A DNA stretch of 63,629 bases, counting the filler, from Ionaspis alba (Eukaryota): the NCBI GenBank assembly GCA_964255285.1. It is 2 parts of 2 records of this genome, joined end to end, with 100 filler letters (N's around TTAATTAATTAA, not from the genome) between each part and the next. Parts side by side here need not be neighbours in the genome. Positions count along the whole stretch, not along the records: positions 31,873 to 63,629 come from CAXUUL010000107.1; 1 more part is not named here. The stretch is one strand, 5' to 3'. Positions 51,750 to 62,331 of the stretch are shown here, in pieces. The number at the start of each line of letters is the position of its first letter. The first letter of the stretch is position 1. The position numbers and the translations under genes are program-made. The notes under the pieces are model-generated. The model had not been told where the DNA came from, ran no database searches, and saw only the letters and a program-made list of their open reading frames with translations.

Positions 51750-52364
51750 TCACTAAGTAATGGTCAGCTAGATTTACAGATCTCTTGGGGCTGACAAACG
51801 GGAGGTTTCGACAGAGCCTCGAGATCTCGTTGCCGTCCAACAACAACCACAGAGAGCTCCTGGTTGGCGTTGAGATAAGCCTTTTCCAGCTTGATGGCAT
51901 GGATGAGAATCTTTTCTTCAATCGCAGCTTTCCTCTTGACCAAGACACTGAGTCTCTCAAGATGCTCTTTTGTGATCTTGGATCTGCATGGCATCAGATC
52001 TTCGAGTCCTCATCCAGAATATGCTATAAGCTCTCTTGAAACTGACTTGAATCGAATTCCAAAAGTCTCCATAATATCACTCTCCATTTTCGAGGCACTT
52101 TTCACAAAATTGTCGTGGATATCCTTTCTTCGTGCCTCGCGACGTTTTCTGGACTGGACGAATCAATGATCTGGCTTTAAAATTACCTTCGTCTGTAATA
52201 CTAACAGACTTCATCATGCTCTGAGCCAGACGCGCGATCTCTTCAACAGTGGAATCATGCGAATCCGAATTATCGCCTGACTGCTCGACGTTGCTGGAAT
52301 GGTTCGTCTTGCCGACCATTTCAGCTACACCGGCTGCCTTTGCTTTAGTCCGTGATGGTGCCAT
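51750..52364 (-). CDS. Small coiled-coil hypothetical protein (about 150 aa), 2-3 introns
   Basis: GT-AG introns 52205-52154 and 52046-51984 join three frames into one helical protein. The end is TGA at 51750 if the last intron is spliced, or 51764 if not. Confidence 0.65.
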
Positions 52365-52759
52365 GACATCCACACCAGATCGGTCCAAAGTATTTTGAAT
52401 TTTGATTAATTTTGATTGAAATCGATATGGCCAAGCTGCATGAAGTCAAGGAGATGATGATCACTCAGAACGCTACTCCTGCTCAGAAAGTATTCCGTAT
52501 CATGATCGGCTTGAACATATCTTTATGTTGAGTACTATTAGTGCGATATTTTCAAGCGTGCTGATCATCTGTGCTGCGTGCCTCGAGATGTGATAGCAGG
52601 AATTGGATATTGTGTATGGTTCTGCTACATCGAAAGCTCGCTACTTTGCCAAGACAGCTTCCCCACGCTAAGATAGCCGAGGATTCTGAAATTTGCCCTG
52701 AAATTTGCATCATTCCTCGGCCATCGTTTCGTACTCATTCGCTCTTGCTGAGCTCGACC

Positions 52760-54029
52760 ATGGGTCTTGGAGCTCCGCGCAAGTTTGTATAGTTCTCTAG
52801 CACGTCTTTTCGTAGGACTAATCACGTTTTCAGGCGGATAAAACTGTCCCACGATCCAAACAACACTACCTGGACTCGCTCAACCACAAACTATGGACAT
52901 AAAATGCTGTTGTCCCAAGGATGGACTCCAGGATCTCTCTTAGGAGCTGTTGACGCTCCTCATGCCCATCTCCATTCCGATGCCAATGCCTCCCACATTC
53001 GAGTCGCGCTCAAGGATGATAACCTTGGATTAGGTGCGAAGAAGGGAAGTGGGCAGGCGGCTGGTGAATGTACAGGACTGGATGCTTTTCAGGGTCTACT
53101 TGGGAGATTGAATGGGAAGAGTGAAGAGATACTAGAGAAGGAGCAAAGATCTCGTGACAACCTGAAGAGAGCATTATATACTGAGCGAAGGTGGGGTGCT
53201 CTGCATTTCGTAAGCGGGGGAGTGCTTGTTGGGGACAAGATTCAAGCACTGGCCGAAGGTGAAAGAGCAAGACTAGCTGGGAAACTGAAGCCATTAAGCT
53301 CAGCGGGACCATCTAAGGCTGATGAAACCATGGAGCTCAAGTCGAAGCGTCAGAAGAAATCATCTCATCATCCGGTGCCGGTAGTTGGGCTGCAGGCAGC
53401 CGCACAAAACGCTACAGTGGACAAGGAACCCAACGAAAACGAAGCCAACATAGATACCCCGACTCATGAAACGACTACATCAAGTACGCCTAGAGATGAG
53501 GATTCCGAAAGGAGCGGTGCTGATGAAACAAAACCAAAAGCACAAAGAAGGGCAGAAAAGCGCCAGAGGAAGCTAGATAGAAGGAAAAGAAGAGTGNNNN
53601 NNNNNNNNNNNNNNNNNNNNNNNNNNNNNNNNNNNNNNNNNNNNNNNNNNNNNNNNNNNNNNNNNNNNNNNNNNNNNNNNNNNNNNNNNNNNNNNNACAA
53701 AGAAGGGCAGAAAAGCGCCAGAGGAAGCTAGATAGAAGGAAAAGAAGAGTGGCCAAGAAGGCTGCACAATCGTTATCTACACCTACGATGTTGGTTTCAG
53801 ACTCCCAGCTTGATGATCGAATACAGAAGCCCCCGGTAATGGAAGTCCCGTCACTCGCTCCTCCTTCCGCCATTGCAGTAAGTGGCCGCCATGCTGTCAG
53901 ACAGCGCTTCATCAGACAAAAACAAATGGCAGTGATGGATCCGAAAGCTCTGAATGAAGTAAGACACTCTCTTTGTGGCCTCCAACCGAGCGCTAATCTC
54001 TGCTATAGATCTTAATGATCAAAGCATAG
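52760..54029 (+). CDS. PXR1: G-patch protein Pxr1/PinX1, 2 introns, spans a false gap
   Basis: MGLGAPRK...DPNNTTW, YGHKMLLSQGWTPG, KDDNLGLGA, GLDAFQGLLGRLNG, RQRFIRQKQMAVMDPKALNEI. Confidence 0.95.
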
Positions 54030-55282
54030 TGTGGTTATCAGCCAAATCTTCATGGCTACAATAGATGGAAGAGGGCTTTTCCAGCCGACTTTGAGTACGT
54101 ACTGCGAGCTTGAATATCGATAACAATTTCAAAGACGCGATGACTCCAGTGCAAGGTCACTTCGGCCTGTGATTAGTCTATAATGACGTCTGTGACTATG
54201 TATATATAGCTAAAATCTGCCGCTCACACCTCTGTCAGGCTCTGAAGCCTGGGCTCTTCAATATATCTTCCTTAGAGATAGCTCTGGCCTATTCGATGTG
54301 AAGATATTCGTTCACGATCTCGGAGCCTGCTCCGTCTTGGCACTTCGAAGTCTGCGATCCATGCTAGGAGACACCGTTCGCGTGTGGAGGGGTAGAAGCA
54401 TCCCCAATCGTTCGATCAGATTCCATTGTGCCGCTTCGACAAGCCATAGGGCAACCACTAACAACATAAGTGCAAGCACGCCTTTCGCCTCGACACTGTG
54501 GCTCTTTCAATCATCGACGCCCGAATCAACAAAGCATCAATGTAAGGCGTATTTCGGAATAGTCCGGTGAAGTCCTCAACGGTCCTGAATTACCCGAGTG
54601 CTGCCGAAGCAGATGGGAAGAGCAAAAGATGGAATGCCAAGCATAGATGGCCTGATAAGCAGATTTGATCATCGCCGATGCATGAAGGGATTCCCCAGTT
54701 TGATCTACAGGTGGTAGTGCGAGCCACGGAGAAGCCAAACGCTGTTGTATTTCTTTGATGCACATACAAACGAAATGATTGGATTTCCTTAAAGGGAGGA
54801 TAAATAAAGAACCCTCGCCAAGGCGCTTAGAGCTTCCCCGCAATGCTAGCGTGGAAGCTCTGTAACGAAACGTCAGCTCTAATTGACCCTTGCTTTGCCT
54901 TCCAGAGACGATCCATCAGGAGTAACGTGCTTGCCCGTCATCCACCCCTCGACACGCTCCACTCCCTTTTCACCTCGCCCTCACCATAAACAATACGTCT
55001 TGTAATCTTGCTCCTACCATCATTCCAACATTTAAACCTCAATCCCATTGCGACTTGACCACCACCTTCAGCCGAGTGCGACGCTGACAATCCCAACGGC
55101 CCGATAAGACAAGCGACCCAAATATTTGTTGAGGCTTCCAACCGTCTCGTACTTGAGACGTGTCGTACAAGAGGACGGTCGACCAAGCCGATTCATCATC
55201 GACTCGTTCTTTGGCTTCGATCAAACTGACTTGCTTTCATCACCACCTTTCCCTTTCACAATCGTCAAATAACACCTCCGCC

Positions 55283-56050
55283 ATGTCCAACGAGAACTCT
55301 CCCCCTCCCACCCCCTCATCCCCAACAGCTCGTCGAGCTTCCTTCGCACCTGGTCAGAAACTCTCCGAGCTCTTCGGTCGCTCACCAGGTAGCAGCGGCA
55401 TCCCGAGCTATCCAGGCCCGATCGCTGCAGCCGCCGCCAACGCTCAAGCTCACCAGCGCCGACGGATGTCCATCTCGACCCTCGGGCTATCAGGCTCCCC
55501 CACCCAAACCTCACCTTTCGGTAGTCTCCGCGGCAGACAAGAGAGCTGCTCCAGCACTACCTCAGGCTCACCCGGCGCAGACGAAAGCGCCATCGAAGAA
55601 GGCGACGCCGGCCCCAACAGTTCCCCCACCACACCCTTCGCACGACGGATGAGCTTCGGTGCTCGGGCATTGCGAGATGCGAGAGGAGGAGCGGGAAACC
55701 TCAATGGTAGATCTTCCAAAACCTCGGGTTCTTCCCCAAGTGTCAAAGGGCGAGGAGGAGGTTTGTCCTCAAGCCCTGAGAGCGAGTCGCTGTCGCCTTT
55801 GACGAAGATTTCTGACATTTTGGTGCGACGAACAGGTGAAGGCTTCAATTTCGGTGAGCAGCTTAGGTCCAGAGCTCAGAGGTCGTCGTCGATTACTTCG
55901 GCTCTGAATCCGCCGTCTGCGGTCCCGAGTGACCATCAGCGCCATAGTGTGGCCGTTATGGAGCCTCCGGTCAAGCAGCCTCCGAAGTCACCGAGGGCTC
56001 CGGATCACTTCCAAGAGCGGATTTTGAAGGGTGACTTCTACATGGATTAG
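55283..56050 (+). CDS. Ser/Pro-rich disordered protein with C-terminal PDHFQERILKGDFYMD
   Basis: ATG in CCGCCATG context; several RRxS sites; optional in-frame intron(s) ending at 55835. Confidence 0.8.
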   Translation: MSNENSPPPTPSSPTARRASFAPGQKLSELFGRSPGSSGIPSYPGPIAAAAANAQAHQRRRMSISTLGLSGSPTQTSPFGSLRGRQESCSSTTSGSPGADESAIEEGDAGPNSSPTTPFARRMSFGARALRDARGGAGNLNGRSSKTSGSSPSVKGRGGGLSSSPESESLSPLTKISDILVRRTGEGFNFGEQLRSRAQRSSSITSALNPPSAVPSDHQRHSVAVMEPPVKQPPKSPRAPDHFQERILKGDFYMD

Positions 56051-56910
56051 GTGAAGCGGATGTCGAGTATGTGATAATGGATCCATGAGAAACGTGTTTG
56101 TCATGAAAGTTGGAATGATCCATCCTGTCTCGAAATTGCGGAATTGTACTCGGATATGTCGCTTCAGCTGGCTTATACATCACTCCTTGCCTCAAGCCAC
56201 GGTGATCAAAGTTGCATCTTTATGTCGATCTGTCCAGATTGCAACGGGGCCAACCTGCCCTTTCTGCACAACTATACTACCATATCTTGGTACGGTCCGA
56301 GGACCACATATCTCCGACACACTGGCTGATGACCAACGACTTATCTGCTCAGTACTGCTGGCCAGTGGCAAAGCAAGGACTACAACAGAGGGTTTTGTCA
56401 CTGGTATATCGATACGATCATGACTGGCAGGTCCGGTGGTCAGGTTGGAAGGGTCCCGATGGATTGTCCCCTTTTTCTATTCGTGCTTTGTATTTTGTGA
56501 ATTATGGACTTGATGGATTGTTTGGGCACTTTAAATAAGATGTTTTCTTGCCTGTGCTATCTGCCTCCCGTTCATGCTTCAAGCGAGCAAATTTGTATTA
56601 TGAGATGATGACCGATGAAGCGAATTCTTCTTGTTACCTGCAGCAGGAAAATTAAGCAATTATTTCACAACCATCCAACTGTTCCACTGAAAGCAAGTCG
56701 TGACCTGTAGTCACAAGCTCCTAGCAAAATCATCAATCATTTCGCATCTGAACACATGGTCTACAAGTCACGTATGGGAATTACCTTCGCAGCCACACCA
56801 ACCCACTCTCAAAGTCCTCATTTCTTCAATCATCACCAGCTAAAGTACTACCCAGACCCAGCCTCCAACTTCACAAACGCCCATCTACCTCCACCAAAGC
56901 AACAACCCCC

Positions 56911-57186
56911 CTACTCAACCCACCACCAATCATCCCTCTCGAAGACCACAAAAGCCGCAATCCCCCACACATCCCTCTCCTTCGCTGGATCCACGAACGG
57001 GAAATCCTGACTCCGATCCCCGCGCTCCATCCGCCCCAAGATGCAATCAATGCACCAGCCCTTGTTCCAGAGCAGAATCCACAAAGTCTGGTGGCAGTGG
57101 GGATCCGCGCAGGGCTCGAAGAAGCCGATGAGCTCCGGGTCGACGTGCCAGCATTTGACGAATTGGTTGTGGTATTCTTGGCACAT
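56911..57186 (-). CDS. Small intronless Cys/His (putative Zn-binding) protein, array copy 1
   Basis: MC-x9-C-x-H-x11-C-x4-C-x13-CxxC, 91 aa, Trp-rich C-terminus. Confidence 0.7.
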   Translation of the reverse strand: MCQEYHNQFVKCWHVDPELIGFFEPCADPHCHQTLWILLWNKGWCIDCILGRMERGDRSQDFPFVDPAKERDVWGIAAFVVFERDDWWWVE

Positions 57187-58370
57187 GGGTGCTGGAGGAT
57201 AGGCTGCCGGTGGGTTGTGCCGATGGGTGCTGCTGTCCGTCAACTATGCTGTTCCGCTCCACGAAATTTCCACAGCCGCGTACCTTGAGCTCCTCGTCAA
57301 TGAAGAAGCGGATGCAGTCGTTGGAGAATCAGAAGATACAGTAAGGGGATCAGGGAGAAATATAAGAGGTCAGTAGAAGCTCTGGTCGGAATCGAAATCC
57401 CATATTTCTGAACCTTCTTTGCAAATATGGTACATTGTCTAACTAGCATTGTCTCTGAATCACCTATGTACAATCTATACCATAGACTCCCAAGCTAACA
57501 GAGGAGGAATTACGCAGATCACAGCCACTGTGGAGACCTCAGGCACGTCGAAAAACTCAGAGCCTGTACCCTTATTCAAAAGTGGCTGAACCTTTCCCCA
57601 AATTGGGGAGGCATATGCTCGATTCTCAAAATCAGACATGCGATATCCGCGCGCCTCGGCTCACAGCCACGTATCGCAGCGTTGTCATTCGTCATAAATG
57701 GTTGCACTAGCGCGTTGGAAACGTGGTTCGCCACGAGCTCGATGCCCCGGAACGGTATAGAGCTTTTTATTTTCAATATTGTTGGAGCAGAGTGGAGGCA
57801 TTGTCCATGCCTGCCGCCTAGTCTCGCTGCGAGATTTTGAGGATGTTCGTGAGAGGTAAGAGGGCGGAGGCGGAAGGCGAGACTCTGGAGTGCGCTCTTT
57901 CTGCGGTGTGCTTGCAAGTATGGGCGGTGTTGCACTAGCTTTGAAGGAAGTACTGTCCTAGTGCATACTATACGTTCTATGCTCGATTGGAGAAGTCACC
58001 TACCAGGAGACCCCTCGTCGGTTCTACTCACTTCCATTTCTGCATCGTCTCCTGATGCTGATGGCTTCAATTCTTCGCAGGCTGCTAGAAGCTCCTTGTC
58101 GGTGCTGTCCCATTTTAAGTAGTTGAATATTTCTGCTATCTTTCGCAGAGTCTCATTCCACGCCTCCTACATGTGTATGCCCAGCAAAATCAGCAGTGCC
58201 TCCACCCCACAGTACGACTTTCTCCTACGCTCCTGTTCAAGCAGATCCAAATGCCAGATTCCACAGCTCATATAACACAACTACCTCATCGGCCGGACCA
58301 TACCTGAAATGCTCCCTACGCTCTTCTCCTCATCTGGTCCAGTTGAAAAGAACTTTCGAGTACATATCAC

Positions 58371-58633
58371 TCAGTCCGCACTCTCCCTGTCCCCTAACAC
58401 CAGTCTCCACGCTCGCCCTTCCTTTCTCTTATCTTCTGGCCTGTTCCCCGCTTTTCTGCTCCTCTGTCGCGGTCGCCTGCGCCAGGCCTTCACAAGGAGT
58501 ACCCAAGGCTGGGGAACCGAGACTACGGCATAGGCATTCTCACAGTCCACCACGCCTTTGCATCGCTCGGTGCGTTGTGCGTAGTTCAATCCGTGTCTAC
58601 AACCGCCCATCCACTCGCTGGGCGAGTACACAC
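58371..58633 (-). pseudogene. Degenerate array copy 2
   Basis: GTG TGT ACT CGC CC(-1 nt) AGC GAG TGG ATG GGC GGT TGT AGA CAC... reads VC-x9-CRH-x10-C-x5-C-x12-W; start lost, frameshift, CxxC eroded. Confidence 0.55.
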
Positions 58634-59346
58634 TTTGATGGCGAGACTGAAATGCGTGGCTGAGAGCATCAAGGGCATGAACTCATTGGAGGGGGAATAC
58701 AGTAACCTTGTGGTAGATGGTCTGACGAGCAAGACTTTGGTATTGGTATGCTGGGTGTTCTCAGGAACAAGGAATTCTGGCCAATGGAATGCGTACAAAG
58801 AGGTATTTCTCGGAAAGGTTTGATAATACCGTGCTAGGTGTTTTTGTATGTGTCTATCTCGGAACAGCTGTCAGGGGTTTTGTCAGTCAAGTTCACTGGT
58901 GCGTTCTTGCTCCCTGAAGCTACGTCGAGCTATCGATCCTGCTGCTTGTGAAGTAAGCCAAGGAGAATTAGTGAAGTCCAGAAGCGGTGATTCACATTGC
59001 ACTGGTTAGATGCAGTTACCAAAATTCACTCTTCGTCTGCAACATTCACAACAAGAGCCAAGCAGTATGTTGGCGGTTTTGCAGATAGACTTTCAATATC
59101 TATGGGTTGGCAAGAGAGATAGAGAAGGCGACCGAATCTTCGTTTGAGATTTTGTGTCCTTGTTGCAAAGTCACGGAAGGAATACAAGATCGGTTCTGAA
59201 TATATGTGAGTGCAAAGGGGGAAATATTGACACCACAAGCGCAATATCAACACCCTTCCTGACCAACCGCCAGGTCTTCAAGCTCGACTTGCGCAACCAA
59301 TATCGCGCCTTGTCCCTCCGCATGTGGCTCTCGTTGTCTCTAGCTC

Positions 59347-59583
59347 CTAGGTGGAGGCACATGGCTTGTAGTCCTCAGCTCCTCCCTTATCTGGCTCCGC
59401 CGGCTGCGACGCTGGCCTCGATACTGGCTTCGACGCATCGTGGCATTCTTGACCGAGCCTGCTCTTTTCCTTATGCCTCAGCATGTATGGTATGCAGTTT
59501 CCCTCGTTCTTGCAAACCTCTGGCTCTTATATCCTGAGATGCTCGCCGCAAACGACGTATAGGTCATAATGTATCACGCACAT
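59347..59583 (-). pseudogene. Pseudogenised array copy 3
   Basis: MCVIHYDLYVVCGEHLRI*EPEVCKNEGNCIPYMLRHKEKSRLGQEC; in-frame TAA at 59529-59527; TATATAAG about 135 nt upstream. Confidence 0.7.
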
Positions 59584-60602
59584 CTTACTTGTTGGTTGAC
59601 TTTAATTGCTGGAATGGATTGTTGTGCTGTGGTATCAAGATCTGGGAGATAGGTAGGATCTTGTGAGAGGTGAGTGTATGAGACTGCGAAAAGGCGTAGA
59701 TGTGCGAAGGATGGGCTTATATAGCCGTCTTTGAAGGTTGGTTTGGTCATTGAAGAAGAATAAGAGTTAGTGAAGTTGGGTAGGAGCATTCACAGGTCTT
59801 CACACTCGATAGCATGCAACTTGTCAGCTCGCGGCTCACGGCCAGTTTTGTTCACGGTCATTGTGATGAAGGTGTAAAGATATTCGACTCGTAGTAGACG
59901 TACTGTATCGGACACGGAAATACAGCTGTTGTGTAATCTTATACGTTCCGTGCAGAACTCATGCAGAATTCGTATAGATACAACAAACGCAATAGACAGC
60001 ACAGATCCTGCTATTTCGCGGCACGCTCATGCCAAAACCATCCTCACTCCCACTCCTATTTCATAGTAAGCTCACTTCGCACGCCCAAATCGCTAGCGTG
60101 CTCATGTCACTCCGATATCACCCACTCTCGCTTCAAGGAGGTCTTGTGTTGCTTCTATTTCCGATCTCCTCATTTGGCCGGCTCGGCTGCTTTCTCTTTT
60201 GCCGCTTTCTCCTCTGCTGTCTTCTTCTTTGCCGCTATTGCGAAGATAACGACTGCAAAAAAGGCGTGCATAGGAAGAGAAAGTGAGACAGGCAGCGGGG
60301 AATGAGGGTTTACATAGACATATTTTTGGAAGGAGTGAGAGCGATATGAAGGGAAAGATAAGTCCTTGAGTATAGAATAGAGCATTCACACCTGCTAGCA
60401 CTTCTTCTTTGTGACCTGGATGAGTGAACGGAAGCTGGATTTGAACCAGAGGGATGCTTGATATCTGTCACTGTTTTCTGATGATTCCTCTCAAATACCT
60501 AGCCTGGTCTGGTGGAATGCTATCGATCAAGTCCAGAATGAATCTTCGCACCAATAGAAACCGGCCCTTCCTCCACTAGAACGGTCGAGAACCCCACGTA
60601 CG

Positions 60603-60956
60603 CTACCTCTCCCTCCAAACATCTTGTATGTAGGCCGGCTGCTCTGTCCGGTCACCCGGCAAAGGCGTCAAGCAGGCTAAATCGATCGTCGAATAGGCGG
60701 CCATGCTGTCTGTGATCTCTTTCTCTCTCCGCTTGAGGTCACCGATTTTCTCCTTTAGTCCCTCCTTTACTTCCTGGCACTTCCTCTCAAAAGTCTCCCT
60801 CTGCGGCTTTGTGCTCAGACACTGCTGACACTCTAAGGGACCTTGTACTGATACCTGGATTGGTTGGCAGTGCTTGGGGCTTTTGCAGTGCTGTGGGCTT
60901 TGGACAAGAATGTGACTGTGACAGTTGTGGCAAATATTGTAGGGTAAGTAGCACAT
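60603..60956 (-). CDS. Small intronless Cys/His protein with coiled-coil tail, array copy 4
   Basis: MC-x9-C-x2-H-x8-C-x5-C-x12-CxxC, then a KCQEVKEGLKEKIGDLKRREKE helix; 117 aa; GCCATG context. Confidence 0.75.
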   Translation of the reverse strand: MCYLPYNICHNCHSHILVQSPQHCKSPKHCQPIQVSVQGPLECQQCLSTKPQRETFERKCQEVKEGLKEKIGDLKRREKEITDSMAAYSTIDLACLTPLPGDRTEQPAYIQDVWRER

Positions 60957-61671
60957 GGCTGGGATGAGTAGTTCAAAGAGCAGGCTGGCGAGAAATGGAG
61001 TGGCGCTTGATGGAGGTGAACGTGGTGTTGTACTCACGATTGAGTTCGAGTCGAATGGCGAGCTGTGAATTTGGCCAAAATATGTTTTGACCGACTTAGA
61101 GTTTGAGGAAGAGAAGTGTTTGAGCAAGGAACCTGAAGTTGTCATGCAGGTCAGATATGATCGAGCTTTTGGCACATCTTCTTGGGACTCCGATAGTTGT
61201 TTGCTACAGGAGAAGCTGCCAGAACTGGCTCAGAAGCAAACAACGGTAATACTGTAGGGCCTGTAGAGAGGTTGCTAGATAAGATGCTAGGAAAAGATTC
61301 AGATAGGCTCACCAGTCACATTTCTTGCGGTATGCTGAGCTAGCGCATACCATGTGAACCACTTGTGAATATAGATATATTGTGTTGAGGCAACAAGGTT
61401 AGAGAGAGCGTAGGAGTACTTGATCTCCATTTGCTGTTAAAAAACCCCAGACTCGAGCTCGAGGGTCGAAAGAATGGTTTTCTAGACATCAAAGACACTC
61501 AGGTTCCTTGTCAATCTGTTGTGATACGTATGGAATCGAAGATGATGGACATGACGTGTGACCGACAGAATGCAGAGACGTAGAGATCCTGCGAAATCCT
61601 GCATACAAGAATCCAGAACCCGCCAGCAGCTGCACGTCCAGACAGTTTGCCAGAGCCGGCTGGTAGCTGAC

Positions 61672-62331
61672 CTATAAACTCGCCTCCATGAATCCAATCT
61701 GACGGAGCTCCATGGTGTAATGAACAAACATTTTGCAAAACATGAGAGCTAAACCTAAGTAACTAAACAACCAGACAACGAGCATAAGCTCCTGAACAGT
61801 GGCGGACAATCGACGGTGGCGGATCGCTCCTGGGTGAGGTTGTGGTAAGGCGGTTCTGTGTCTAGCGGAAGAGCGAGCATGTTGAGTTGAAGTTGCCAAG
61901 CCAAGAGACTCGATCTCGTCCTTCCATCGGACTCTCTTCTTCTTTTTACTGACGTGTCTCTGGTCACTCCCTGTATCGTTCTCTTCAAGGCTTGTGTAAG
62001 ATTGGCTGCGTCCGCTACTGGTTCTCTGAGACCGTAGAGATGCGAAACGTCCGCGAGGGTAGGACATAGAGGTAATTTCCCGAAGTATCTCTTGCCTTCG
62101 AGCGGTAGCCTTTGCTATGCAGCTTTCGCACCAGGCAGGGCCGTCTTGCAGGAAAGGCGAGATGTCGAAATCGACGGCCAGGCCGCATATTCTTCCTTCT
62201 TCATCTTGATATTTGCAGGTCTCCCTGACCATTACACTAGGTTCCGGCTGGAGCCCACCAGTAGTATGCATGTACCGAAGGTAAGCTGATCGATAATAGT
62301 TTCGGAGTACGCTCTGCAGGACCAGCTGCAT
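61672..62331 (-). CDS. Orphan with second half of the Cys motif, basic NLS-like patch and C-terminal TM (array copy 5?)
   Basis: TCK...IC...AWCESC, KKKKRVRW, LMLVVWLFSYLGLALMF; start codon uncertain. Confidence 0.5.
   Translation of the reverse strand: MQLVLQSVLRNYYRSAYLRYMHTTGGLQPEPSVMVRETCKYQDEEGRICGLAVDFDISPFLQDGPAWCESCIAKATARRQEILREITSMSYPRGRFASLRSQRTSSGRSQSYTSLEENDTGSDQRHVSKKKKRVRWKDEIESLGLATSTQHARSSARHRTALPQPHPGAIRHRRLSATVQELMLVVWLFSYLGLALMFCKMFVHYTMELRQIGFMEASL

Noticed and set aside
56085..56423. CPDC/CPFC-containing + strand ORFs as extra array members
   Set aside because: They lie in the likely 3' UTR of the 55283 gene and lack the MC-x9-C-H spacing.
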